NCBI RefSeq assembly: GCF_036365525.1
Contig: NC_090395.1
Coordinates: forward strand, 30,045,813-30,109,812
DNA from: Heterodontus francisci
Taxonomy: Eukaryota
Reading direction: 5' to 3'
DNA: 64,000 nt
The position numbers were made by a program, and so were the translations under genes. The notes under the pieces are model-generated. The model had not been told where the DNA came from, did not search any database, and worked only from the letters and a program-made list of their open reading frames with translations. Below, one piece after another: positions 13,401 to 25,133 of this stretch. Positions within the stretch are counted from its first letter, which is position 1. Every line of letters begins with the position of its first letter.

Positions 13401-13856
13401 TACACTGCAAATAAATGGTCGCCCCGTTCCCTCCCATCCAAAGCACTTAAATTGCAGAGTTGACTTTTCCTCCCTCCAAATGCACAAAGTGCAGAGGTTG
13501 CTCCTTCTCCCCCACCCCACACTAAAAATCATAAGTTCCCCCATTCCACGCTTCAGTGGCGCCTGCTTTCCCTGGACGGGAAAACGAAGGCGCACGAGTG
13601 CCACCCATTGCACGGAAGATCCTGGATAGCCGGTAAGATTGCAGAGAATTGTAGGTAAATGTGTTCATGAGGTTTATTTAAATATTTAAAGTTGGGTCAC
13701 ATCACCAAGCAGCGGGGGGGGCCTGCCAGGGACCCTCACTGCCACATAGAAGATTGGGCCCGGCAATCCCAGTGTTGAGCTCCGTGGTGGGCTGCTGTGA
13801 TCTTGCGGCCCACCTTGCCACAGAGCCCAACGTCGGGATTCAACAAAATTCTGCCC
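13400..13856 (-). mobile_element. Harbinger-type MITE fragment related to 31543-32340
   Basis: Ends aaaattctgccc; 13670-13780 is reverse-complement similar to 31650-31750. Confidence 0.55.
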
Positions 13857-14688
13857 ATTGTGTGTCAACTTCTCCAGCAATAGACAGGACAGAACATCAG
13901 TGACTGTGTGCCACTGTCCTTGGGTAATGTGCTGAATAGCTGTAAGTTTACAGAGTTGTGAAGAGGTGTGTGTGCGGTTGGCATGATTGGAAGGTGTGTG
14001 TGCGTGAGGTGTGGTACAAGGATGTTAGGGGTGAGTCCTGAGTGTCAGGGTGTGTCCCTGGGTGAGTGATTGGGGTGAGGTGCATTGAGCAGTGTGAGAG
14101 GTGGGTGGTGCAGTGGGTCTGAGATGTGATGCTCAGATGCATTCGCTCACCTTGACCACCCAAGTGAGTTCACTAAACTTGCAGCACTGTTGCCATATCC
14201 TGGGTGTGACACTCTGGCCATTAACCATCTTTGCCAGCTGCTTCCATTCCCTTCATTCATGAAGGATTCCTGCGCCCTGGCAGAAACATGGCTTCTCTCC
14301 TTTCCTTCACTTATGCCAACAGTGCCTTTAGGCTAGCAGCACTGAAGTGCCTTTTCCCTGGTGTGCTGCAACATCTCCCTTGACCATGAGTGTTCCAAAG
14401 TGATTATCCAGCAGCCTGCTGAGCAATAATACAGCTTCCCTTTTATCGGGACTGTGCCGTTAAAAAGGGAAAGTTGTCTGGGGCACATAGTTTGAACACT
14501 GCTCAGGCGCCTGTGGTGCACAGAGGCCAATGGCAGCGCTACGGAGAGGAGTGCAGCACAAGATCCACTGGGGGTCACGCTACAATCATGGAAATGAGCT
14601 GGGTGCACCCGTCTCATTCTGACGTGGCACAGGATGGTTATGAATCATGACATCCGGCACAATAATGGGGCTATCCAATTTCCCAGCC

Positions 14689-14880
14689 TATGAGTTCAAA
14701 TCCCAAAAAAGGCTGTTTGAGAATATGAATTCAGTTTTGCAAAACCTGGAAATGTAAAGCTGGAATCAGTAAAAGTGATCTTAAAGCTGTGGATTTGTTG
14801 TTAAAGACACAACCATCTCACAAATGTCCTTACCCATCTAGTCTGTATGTGATTCCAGTCCTACACTAATATGGTTGACT
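14689..14880 (+). mobile_element. Old tRNA-SINE of the 28166 type, middle piece (head at ~12865-12928, tail at 18452-18575)
   Basis: 'gagttcaaatccc' B box ... 'atggttgact|cataactcc' rejoins across the LINE; tail 'aaatgctggctttgccagtgatgcccacat'. Confidence 0.7.
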
Positions 14881-15086
14881 TTTTTTAATTCATTCATGGT
14901 ATGTGGGCGTCACTGGCTAGGCCAGCATTTATTGCCCATCCCTAATTGCCCATGAGAAGGTGGTAGTGAGCTGCCTTCTTGAACCGCTGCAGTCCATCTG
15001 TGGTACACCCACAGTGCTGTTAGGAAGGGAGTTCCAGGATTTTGACCCAGCGACAGTGAAGGAACGGCGATATAGTTCCAAGTCAG

Positions 15087-15181
15087 TTCCGAAGAAGGGT
15101 CACTGACCCGAAACGTTAACTCTGCTTCTCTTTTCACAGATGCTGCCAGACCTGCTGAGTGGTTCCAGCATTTCTTGTTTT
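15087..15181 (+). mobile_element. 95-bp Penelope-derived insertion with a minimal hammerhead ribozyme core; 14-bp TSD
   Basis: CCGAAGA-A-GGGTC-ACT-GACCC-GAAACGTT; TSD tagttccaagtcag at 15073-86 and 15182-95; absent from LINE copy 2 at the equivalent site. Confidence 0.75.
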
Positions 15182-16228
15182 TAGTTCCAAGTCAGGATGT
15201 TGTGTGACTTGGAGGGGAACTTGCAGGTGGTTCCCATGTATTTGCTGCCCTTGTCCTTCTAGTTGGTAGAGGCTGCAGGTTTGGAAGGTGCTTTCCATGG
15301 AGCCTTGGTACAGTGCATCTTGTAGATGGCACACACTGCTGTCACTGTGTGTCGGTGGTGGAGGGAGTGACTGTTTGTAGATGGAGTGCCAATCAAGCGG
15401 GCTGCTTTGTCCTGGATGGTGTCAAGCTTCTTGAGTGTTGTTGGAGCTGCACCCATCCAGGCAAGTGGAGAGTATTCCATCACACTCCTGACTTGTGCCT
15501 TGTAGATAGTGGACAGGCTTTGGGGAGTCAGGAGGTGAGTTACTCACTGCAGGATTCCTAGCCTCTGACCTGGTATTTATGGTAACTCTAGGATGTTGAT
15601 AGTGGGGGATTCAGCGATAGTAATGCAATTGAATGTCAAGAGTAGATGGTTAGATTCTCTCTTGTTGGAGATGGTCATTGCTTGACACTTGTGTGGTGTG
15701 AATGTTACTTGCCACTTGTCAGCCTGGATATTGTCCAGGTCTTGCTGCTTTTCTACACAGACTGATTCAGTATCTGAGGAGTCACGAATGGTGCTGAACA
15801 TTGTGCAATCATCAGTGACCATCCCCATTTCTGACCTTAAGATTGAAGGAAGATCATTGATGAAGCAGCTGAAGATGGTTGGGCCTAGGACACAACCCTG
15901 AGGAACTTCTGCAGTGATGTCCTGGAGCTGAGATGATTGACCTCCAACAACCACAACCATCTTCCTTTGTGCTAGGTATGACTCCAACCAGTGGAGAGAT
16001 TTTCCCCAGATTCCCATTGACTTCAGTTTTGCTAGGGCTCCTTTGATGTCATACTCGGTCAAAAGCTGCCTTGATGTCAAGGGCAGTCACTCTCACCTGA
16101 CCTTTTGAGTTCTGCTGTTTTGTCCATGTTTGAACCAAGGTTGTAATGAGGTCAGGAGCTGAGTGGCCCTGGCAGAATCCAAACTGAGCTTTTTGTGCAC
16201 AGCACATACCTGGGCAATGTTCCACATT

Positions 16229-16588
16229 GGCGGCACAGTGGCGCAGTGGTTAGCACCGCAGCCTCACAGCTCCAGGGACCCGGGTTCGATTCCGGGTACT
16301 GCCTGTGTGGAGTTTGCAAGTTCTCCCTGTGTCTGCGTGGGTTTTCTCCGGGTGCTCCGGTTTCCTCCCACAAGCCAAAAGACTTGCAGGTTGATAGGTA
16401 AATTGGCCATTATAAAATTGTCACTAGTATAGGTAGGTGGTAGGGAAATATAGGGACAGGTGGGGATGTTTGGTAGGAATATGGGATTAGTGTAGGATTA
16501 GTATAAATGGGTGGTTGATGGTCGGCACAGACTCGGTGGGCCGAAAGGGCCTGTTTCAGTGCTGTATCTCTAATCTAATCTAATCTAA
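16229..16588 (+). mobile_element. HE1-type V-SINE
   Basis: A box tggcgcagtgg, B box ggttcgattcc, V-domain tgtgtggagtttgcaagttctccc..gctccggtttcctcccac, CR1-type tail gggccgaaagggcctgtttc, (TAATC)n end. Confidence 0.93.
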
Positions 16589-19247
16589 TTGCCGGGTAGA
16601 TGCCAGTGTTGTAGTTGTACTGGAACAGCTTGGCTAGGGGTGCGGCAAGTTCTGGAGCACAGGCCTTCAGTACAATTTCCGGAATATTGTCAGGGTCCAA
16701 AGCCTTTGCAGTATCCAGTGCCTTCAGTCTTTTCTTGATATCACGTGGAGTGAATCGAATTGGTTGAAGTCTGGCATCTGTGTTGCTGGGGACTTCAGGA
16801 GGAGGCTGAGATGGATCATTGACTCGGCACTTCTGGCTGAAGATTGTTGCAAATGCTTCAGCCTTATCTTTTGCACTGATGTGCTGGGCTCCCCCATCAT
16901 TGAGGATGGGGATATTTGTGGAGCCACCTCCTCCAGTTAGTTGTTTAATTGTCCACCACCATTCACGGCTGGATGTGGCAGGAGTGCAGAGCTTGGATCT
17001 GATCCGTTGGTTATGGGATCGCTTAGCTCTGTCTATCGCATGCTGCTTACGCAGTTTGGCACGCTAGTAGTCCTGTGTTGTAGCTTCACCAGGTTGAGAC
17101 CCCATTTTGAGATATGCCTGGTGCTGCTCCTGGCATGCCCTCCTGCACTCTTCATTGAACTCGGCTTGGTCTCCCGGTTTGATGGTAACGGTAGAGTGGG
17201 GGATATGCCGGGCCATGAGGTTACAGGTTGTGGTTGAGTACAATTCTGCTGCTGCTGATGGCTCACAGTGTGTCATAAATGCCCAGTTTTGCATTGCTAG
17301 ATCTGTTTGAAATCTATCCCATTTAGCACGGTGGTAGTACCACACAACACGATGGAGAGTATCCTCAATGTCAAGGCTGGACTACGTCTCCACAAGGACT
17401 GTGCAGTGGTCACTCCTGCCAAGACTGTCATGGATAGATGCATCTGCAACAGACAGATTGGTGAGGACAAGGTCAAGTATGTTTTTCCCTCTTGTTGGTT
17501 CCCTCACCATCTGCAGCATACCCAGTCTTGCAGCTATGTCCTTTTGGACTCGGCCGGCCCGGTCAGTAGTGATGTTACCGAGCCACTCTTGGTGATGGAC
17601 ATTGAAGTCCCCCACCCAGAGTACATTCTGCACCCTTGCCTCTCTCAGTGCTTCCTCCAAGTGCTGTTCAACATGGTGGAGTACTGACTCATCAGCTGAG
17701 GGAGGGCGGTCGGTGGTAATCAGCAGGAGGTTTCCTTACCCATGTTTGACCTGATGCTATGAGACTTCATGGGGTCCAGAGTCGATGTTGAGGACTCCCA
17801 GGGCAACTCCCTCCCCCCTGTGTACCACTGTGCCGCCACCTCTGCTGGGTCTGTCCTGCCAGTGGGACAGGACATACCCGGGGATGGTGATGGCAGTGTC
17901 TCAGACATTGTCTGTAAGATATGATTCCGTGAGTATGACTATGTCAGGCTGTTGCTTGACTAGTCTGTGGGACAGCTGTCCCAACTTTGACACAAGCCCC
18001 CAAATGTTAATAAGGAGGACTTTGCAGGGTCGACAGGGCTGGGTTTGCTGTTGTCGGTTCCAGTGCCTAGGTCGATGCCGGGTGGTCCATCCGGTTTCAT
18101 TCTTTTTTATTGACTTTGTAGTGGTTAGATACAACTGAGTGGCTTGCTAGGCCATTTCAGAGGGCATTTAAGTGTCAACCACATTACTGTGGGTCTGGAG
18201 TCACATGTAGGCCAGACCAGGTAAAGACAGCAGATTTCCTTCCCTAAAGCACATTAGTGAACCAGATGGGTTTTTACAATAATCGACAATGATTTCATTA
18301 TTAGACTAGATTAGACTAGATTCCAGATTTTATTATTTGAATTTTAATTCCACCTTATCTGTGGTGAGATTCAAACCCATTTCCCCAGAGCAATACCCTG
18401 AGTTTCTGGGTTACTAGTCCAGTGACAATACCACTGCCCCATCGCCTCCCCATAACTCCTTTTAACTGGCCTCTGAAGTCATTCAGTTACCACCACTTTC
18501 CCAGGGCAACAAGGGGTGGACATTAAATGCTGGCTTTGCCAGTGATGCCCACATGCCGAGAATTTATTTTAAAATAAATTTACATAAAAAGCATTCCATG
18601 TTTGTATGTTTCTGTTCATTAACATGAGGAATGTTAGTTGCTGATTGGTATAGGCCAACAGTACAACAGAGGAAATTTGACTTTGTGCACTATGCAATGA
18701 GTTGGCCTATATCAAATTTAAACACTCACAGCTGGCACAGACTGGATTAAATGCAGAGTAAAGCCTCCTCCACTCTGCTTCAATGATGTGTCTTAATCAC
18801 AACTACTGGAAAGGACTCTCCTTGACACCAGTGTGACATTCTTATTTCCCACACCATTTATCCTTGAGGCCTCTGTGAGTGGTGCTGCCAGTTGTAATGC
18901 TGAATGAGGGATGATATGCTATGGGCATGAATCCACCAGGGACTGAGCTCAATCTGTCCAATCTCACCACAGAGGATGCCTAATCTGAGTCTACCTTGGG
19001 AGTGACACTGGATACAAAAGTTGGGAAGTTCACCAGCATGATAACCCCCATCCTGATGAATAGAAAAAAATGACTCACAATGAATGTGACAAAACAATGG
19101 AACCACCAATTTTCATATTCCAATTGGTCAGCAGAAACTTTGCAAGACTTAATTTTACACAAAATGATAAAATAGCCCAGTCCACATGGAAACAAAAAAT
19201 AAATTTGAAAACCTTAACCTTTCTGGGGAAAAGGGCTTTTCCAGACA

Positions 19248-19625
19248 AGCTTGGGGTTAAGATTGCAGCTGGGCCCTAAGCTGCATATTGAACAAAAAAA
19301 TTGCTCTTACAAATATGGTGAATCAATGCCCTCGACACAAAATGACATACAGTGCAAGCGTAAATTGAATGTTGTCTTTCTTGGGCTGTGAGATTCATAA
19401 CAGATAACAATAATGACTTGTATTTATACAGTGCCTTTAATTCAAAAAGTGTCCCGAGGTGTTTCACAGCATCACTATGAAGCAAAATATAACACAGAGC
19501 CACATTGGGAGATATTTGGTCAGATGACCAAAAGTTTGGTGAAAGAAGTAGGTTTTACGGAGCGTCTTAAAGGGGAAATGTGAGGTAGAGAGACAAAGAG
19601 GTTTAGGGAGGGAATTCCAGAGCTA
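19248..19625 (-). repeat. Left arm of an inverted duplication (L2 3' end plus unique flank)
   Basis: Reverse complement matches 20199-20373 plus 23545-23738, including non-L2 flank; ORFs 19276-19503 and 23375-23731 share YKYKSLLLSVMNLTAQERQHSIY. Confidence 0.85.
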
Positions 19626-20373
19626 CTCCTCTCCAATTAAACATTGGGAAGACCGAAGCCATTGTCCTCAGTACCCTCTACAAACTCCATTCCCTCGCTA
19701 TTGACTCCATCCCCCTCTCCGGCAACTGTCTGAGGCTGAGCCAGACTGTTGCAAACTTGATATCATATCTGACCCCAAGTTGAGTTGCCCACCATACATC
19801 CGCGCCATTACTAAGACTGTTTATCTCCAACTCTGTAACATCACTGGACTCCACCCCTCCCTCTGCTCATCTGCTGCTGAAACCCTCATCCATGCCTGTG
19901 TTACCTCTGGACATGACTATTCAAATACACTACTGGCTGGCCTCCCACATTCTACCCTCTTTCCTGTTCACCTATCACCCCTGTACTCGCTGACATACAT
20001 TGACTCCTGGTCAAGCAATGCCTCAATCTTGAAATTCTCATCCTTGTTTTCATGTCCTTCCATGGCCTCACCCCTCCCTATCTCTGTAATCTCCTCTAGC
20101 CCTCTGTGATATCTGCACTCATCTAATTCTGGCCTTGAGCATTCTAATTTTAATCACTCTACCAATGGTGGCCGTGCCTTCAGCTGCCTAGGCCTTAAGC
20201 TCTGGAATTCCCTCCCTAAACCTCTTTGTCTCTCTACCTCACTTTTCCCCTTTAAGATGCTCCGTAAAACCTACCTCTTTGACCAAACTTTTGATCATCT
20301 GCCCTAATATCTCCCTATGTGGCTCTGTTATATTTTGATTCATAGTGATCCTGTGAAACATCTTGGGATACAT
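19626..20373 (+). mobile_element. L2 LINE 3' fragment; terminal ~40 bp at 23545-23583 after the CR1 insertion
   Basis: AETLIHACVTS..DYSNTLLAGLP; L2 3' UTR 'aaaacctacctctttgacc' and tail 'tataaatacaagtcattgttgtt'. Confidence 0.88.
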
Positions 20374-21331
20374 CATACGAACATATGAAAATATGAATTA
20401 GGAGCAGGAGTAGGCCACTCGGCCCCTTGAGCCTGCTCCGCCTTTCCATAAGTTCATGGCTGAACTGATTTCTCCACATTACCATCTACCCCCGATAATC
20501 TTTCACCCCCTTGCTTATCAAGAATCTATCTACCTCTGCCTTAAACATATTCAAAGAATCTGCTTCCACCGCCTTTTGAGGAAGAGAGTTCCAAGGACTC
20601 ACGACCCTCTGAGAGAAAAAATTTCTCCTCATCTCTGTCTTAAATGGGCGACCCCTTATTTTTAAACAGTGACCCCTAGTTCTAGATTCTCCCACAAGGG
20701 GAAACAACCTTTCCACATCCACCCTATCAAGACCCCTCAGGATCTTATATGTTTCAATCAAGTTGCCTCTTACTCTTCTAAATTCCAGCGGATACAAACC
20801 TAGCCTGTCCAATCTTTCCTCATAAGATAGATCGCCCATTCCGGGTATCAGTCTAGTAAACCTTCTTTGAACTGCTTCCAATGCATTTACATCCTTCCAT
20901 AAATAAGGAGACCAGTACTGTACACAGCACTCCAGATGTGGTCTTACCAATGCCCTGTAAAACTGAAGCATAACCACCCTACTTTTGTATTCAATTCCTC
21001 TCGCCATAAACGATATTCTACTGGCTTTCCTAATTACGTGCTGTACCTGCATACTAACCTTTTGCGATTCATGCACTAGGACACCCAGATCCCTCAGCAT
21101 CTCAGTGCTCTACAATCTCTCACTATTTAGATAATATGCTTCTTTTTTATTCTTCCTGCCAAAATGAACAACTTTGCATTTTCCCACATTATACTCCATC
21201 TGTCAGATTTTTGCCCACTCACTTAACCTATCTATATCCCTTTGTAGTCTCCTTACGTCCTCTAAACAACCTACTTTCCTATCTATCTTTGTATCATCAG
21301 CAAATTTAGCAACCATACCTTCGGTCCCTTT
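20374..21331 (-). mobile_element. CR1 LINE 3' part (outer element; upstream part at 23238-23544)
   Basis: ORF 20486-21100 RDLGVLVH..YRALVRPHLECCVQYWSP..; tail stem-loop 'gcaggagtaggccactcggccccttgagcctgc'. Confidence 0.92.
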
Positions 21332-23237
21332 ATTAGAACATTAGAACATTAGAACATTACAGCGCAGTACAGGCCCTTCGGCCCTCGATGTTGCGCCGAC
21401 CATCTGACCTACACTATTCCATTTTCATCCATATGTCTATCCAATGACCACTTAAATGCCCTTAAAGTTGGCGAGTCTACTACTGTTGCAGGCAGGGCGT
21501 TCCACGCCCCAACTACTCTCTGCGTAAAGAAACTACTTCTGACATCTGTCCTATATCTTTCACCCCTCAACTTAAAGCTATGTCCCCTCGTGTTTGCCAT
21601 CATCATCCGAGGAAAAAGACTCTCACTATCCACCCTATCTGACCCTCTGATTATCTTGTATGTCTCAATTAAGTCACCTCTCCTCCTCCTTCTCTCTAAC
21701 GAAAACAACCCCAAGTCCCTCAGCCTTTCCTCGTAAGACCTTCCTTCCATACCAGGCAACATCCTAGTAAATCTCCTCTGCACCCTTTCCAAAGCTTCCA
21801 CATCCTTCCTATAATGCGGTGACCAGAACTGCACGCAATACTCAAGGTGCGGCCTCACCAGAGTTTTGTACAGCTGCATCATGACCTCGTGGCTCCGAAA
21901 CTCGATCCCCCTACTAATAAAAGCTAACACACCATATGCCTTCTTAACAGCCCTATTAACCTGGGTAGCAACTTTCAGGGATTTATGTACCTGGACACCA
22001 AGATCTCTCTGCTCATCTACACTACCAAGAATCTTCCCATTAGCCCAGTACTCTGCATTGCTGTTACTCCTTCCAAAGTGAATCACCTCACACTTCTCCG
22101 CATTAAACTCCATTTGCCATCTCTCAGCCCAGCTCTGCAGCCTATCTATGTCCCTCTGTACCCTACAACACCCTTCGACACTATCCACAACTCCACCGAC
22201 CTTCGTGTCATCCGCAAATTTACTAACCCACCTTTCTACACCCTCATCCAGGTCATTTATAAAAATGACAAACAGCAGTGGCCCCAAAACAGAACCTTGC
22301 GGTACACCACTAGTAACTAAACTCCAGGATGAACATTTGCCATCAACCACCACCCTCTGTCTTCTTTCAGCCAGCCAATTTCTGATCCAAAGCTCTAAAT
22401 CACCTTCAACCCCATACTTCCGTATTTTCTGCAATAGCCTACCGTGGGGAACCTTATCAAACGCCTTACTGAAATCCATATACACCACATCCACGGCTTT
22501 ACCCTCATCCACCTGTTTGGTCACCTTCTCGAAAAACTCAATAAGGTTTGTGAGGCACGACCTACCTTTCACAAAACCGTGCTGACTATCGCAAATGAAC
22601 TTATTCTTTTCAAGATGATTATAAATCCTATCTCTTATAACCTTTTCCAACATTTTACCCACAACCGAAGTAAGGCTCACAGGTCTATAATTACCAGGGC
22701 TGTCTCTACTCCCCTTCTTGAACAAGGGGACAACATTTGCTATCCTCCAGTCCTCCGGCACTACTCCTGTCGACAATGACGACATAAAGATCAACAACAA
22801 CGGCTCTGCAATCTCCTCCCTGGCTTCCCAGAGAATCCTAGGATAAATCCCATCTGGCCCAGGGGACTTATCTATTTTCACTCTTTCCAAAATTGCTAAC
22901 ACCTCCTCCTTGTGAATCTCAATCCCATCAAGCCTAGTCGGCTGTATCTCAGTAATCTCCTCGGCAACATTTTCTTTCTCTACTGTAAATACTGACGAAA
23001 AATATTCATTTAACGCTTCCCCTATCTCCTCTGATTCCGCACACAACTTCCCACTACTATCCTTGATTGGCCCTGTTCTAACTCTTATCATTCTTTTATT
23101 CCTGATATACCTATCGAAAGCCTTAGGGTTTTCTTTGATCCTATCCGCCAATGACTTCTCGTGTCCTCTCCTTGCTCTTCTTAGCCGGGTTCATTACCCA
23201 GTACCAAATCCAATGTGGCATCGCCCCTGGTTGGCCT
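21332..23237 (-). mobile_element. Young 5'-truncated CR1 (HER1-like) LINE nested in the older CR1; uninterrupted 580-codon RT frame at 21409-23151
   Basis: KSPGPDG, QHGF, DFSKAFD, PQGSVLGP and KFADD motifs with no stops; (AATGTTCT)n tail at 21332-21358. Confidence 0.95.
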
Positions 23238-24196
23238 GTCATTTATATAAATTATAAAAAGTTGAGGCCCCAGCACTGATCCCTGTGGCACACCACTCAT
23301 TACATCTTGCCAACCAGAAAATGACCCATTTATGCCTACTCTCTGTTTCATGTTAGCTAATCAATCTTCTATCCATGCCAATATGTTACTCCCTACATCA
23401 TGAGCTTTTATTTTTTGAAATACCCTTTGATGTGGCACCTTATCAAATGCCTTCTGGAATTCTAAGTGTAATACAACCACCGGCTTCTCTTCATCCACAG
23501 CACATGCAACTCCCTCAAAGAACTCCAATAAATTGGTTAAATATTACATTAAAGGCACCGTATAAATACAAGTCATTGTTGTTATCTGTTATGAATCTCA
23601 CAGCCCAAGAAAGGCAACATTCAATTTATGTTTGCACTGTACGTCATTTCATGTCTAGGGCATTGCTTCATCATATTTGTAAGAGCAATTTTTCTTTAAA
23701 TGTGCAGCTTGGGACCCAGCTGCAATCTTAATCCCAAGTTCTGCTGCTCCAGACTTCTTTCCTGTCTGACCTCCCATTTCTAACCACATACTTTGGTGCT
23801 GGGGGCTGTTTGATCAGGTCCTTGGTGGCAGCCTCCTATCGTCCATCACCCGTTCCCGCTTACCAACCATGTAACTCTACCAGTCAGGTCCTGGTTGGAG
23901 ACTAGTGCCGATTGTGTAGATGAGGCCTGGAAGTTAAAATTTCCTGAGCCTCTCACTGCAAAAGGCTTGACAGCTTTCCAATGACATCGCCCCTGGCCTC
24001 ACAGATCTCACCCCTCTTTAAAACAAGCTCACCCCCAACCCCCCGCCAATCTTAGACTTGTTTTTGTTGTTTTTAAAAAAAAGTATTTTGCTTTCACAAA
24101 TGACTTCTATATCTGTTATTTGTTCCTTTTGCTGTGGAGTTGCCATTTTCTCCTCACCATTTGAAACAGGTCATAATAGGGTTCCCATTATTTTCC

Positions 24197-24322
24197 TAGT
24201 ATTCAGAACTGAATACCAGTTGGAGAGTGAGACAGACTCAGGGGACTCCTGCATTACCTGCCTGTTTTTTCTTGACTGTCTGACAGTCATCCATTTCCTC
24301 TCTCCCTGCGTACTCTTAAGCT
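24197..24322 (-). mobile_element. CR1 ORF1 fragment
   Basis: Minus-strand QVMQESPESVSLSNWYSVL resembles the vertebrate CR1 ORF1 'SNR(Y/F)SVL' segment. Confidence 0.55.
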
Positions 24323-24344
24323 CTGAGAATGAAACTTATCTGCA

Positions 24345-25133
24345 ATTTTTCAACCCATGCCAGCCTACAGCAAACTTGGATAATGAGCAGGCTTGGGCTG
24401 GGAATTTGCAGTTAACATTCATACTACGTAAGTTCCAGCTAATGACAATCTCCTAAAGAGAAAGCCCAAACACACCCTTTCAACTTTCAACAACACCAAC
24501 ACTGCTAGGTCTTCTGCCATCAACATCTTGGGGGTCACCACTCATCAGAAACCTAGCTAGACCAACATATCAATATCAGAGCAGGGTAGAACATTCTGGA
24601 ATGAACTGCTCTCCTCCTGACCCTTGAAAACTTCTCCACCATCTACAAGGCTCGAGTAGATCTGTACTGAAATACTCACCAATCATCTAAATGGGTGCAG
24701 CATCAACAACACTAGAGAAATGCAATGTGATCCAGGGTAAACCAGTCCACTTGGTTGGCACCCTTGCATCACTGGCACACTGTAGTTGAAGTGTATACTA
24801 TCTACAGGATGCATTGCAATAACTCATCAAGGTTATGTTGACAGCATCTCCCTGTCCGACAACCTCTACCACTGAGAAGGCCAAGGGCAGTAATACATAG
24901 AGGGAAACTTGAAGATGATGACGTTTTCTAAGTAAAACACGACCGCTGTTCCTTCATCGTAACTGGGTCAGTATCCAGGAATTCCCTGCATAACAATATT
25001 TTGGATGCACCATCACTAAATGGAATGCAATGGTGCAAAAAGTAGACCACCACTCCTCCGGAAAACTAGGGATAGCCATAAAATGTAATCTTGCTAGCAT
25101 CAAAGCATCCCAAGAACAAGTAATTTAAAAAAC
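24345..25133 (+). mobile_element. Older, diverged relative of the tRNA-headed LINE (3' part)
   Basis: Recognisable 'atcaacatcttgggggtcacc', 'tccaccatctacaaggctc', 'aatgggtgcagcatcaacaacact' and a similar tail. Confidence 0.75.

Larger units (their letters stand above)
12929..14688 (-). mobile_element. Degenerate Harbinger/PIF DNA transposon with a Myb/SANT-like exon remnant
   Basis: Imperfect TIRs gggcgtgaaattg / caatttcccagcc; TAT flanks both ends (12926-28, 14689-91). Minus strand ~14145-14380 reads WKQLAKMVNGQSVTPRIWQQCCKFSELTWVVK followed by a GTGAG donor. Confidence 0.7.
14881..18451 (-). mobile_element. Near-full-length single-ORF APE-RT LINE (CR1 group, possibly Zenon-like) with a tRNA-derived 5' head; copy 1, decayed
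   Basis: EN motifs NIWGL..DIVILTESYL, WVGDFNVHH, PTRGKNILDLVLT, SDH; RT motifs PQG, VTDD(FADD), MEYSPLAW; poly-T at 14880; A/B-box head at 18131-18451. Confidence 0.92.

Noticed and set aside
16229-16300. tRNA genes at SINE and LINE heads
   Set aside because: A/B boxes run directly into SINE bodies and no complete cloverleaf is evident.
21409-23151. Domesticated RT gene
   Set aside because: 5'-truncated CR1 with its tail repeat, nested inside another CR1; the open frame reflects young age.
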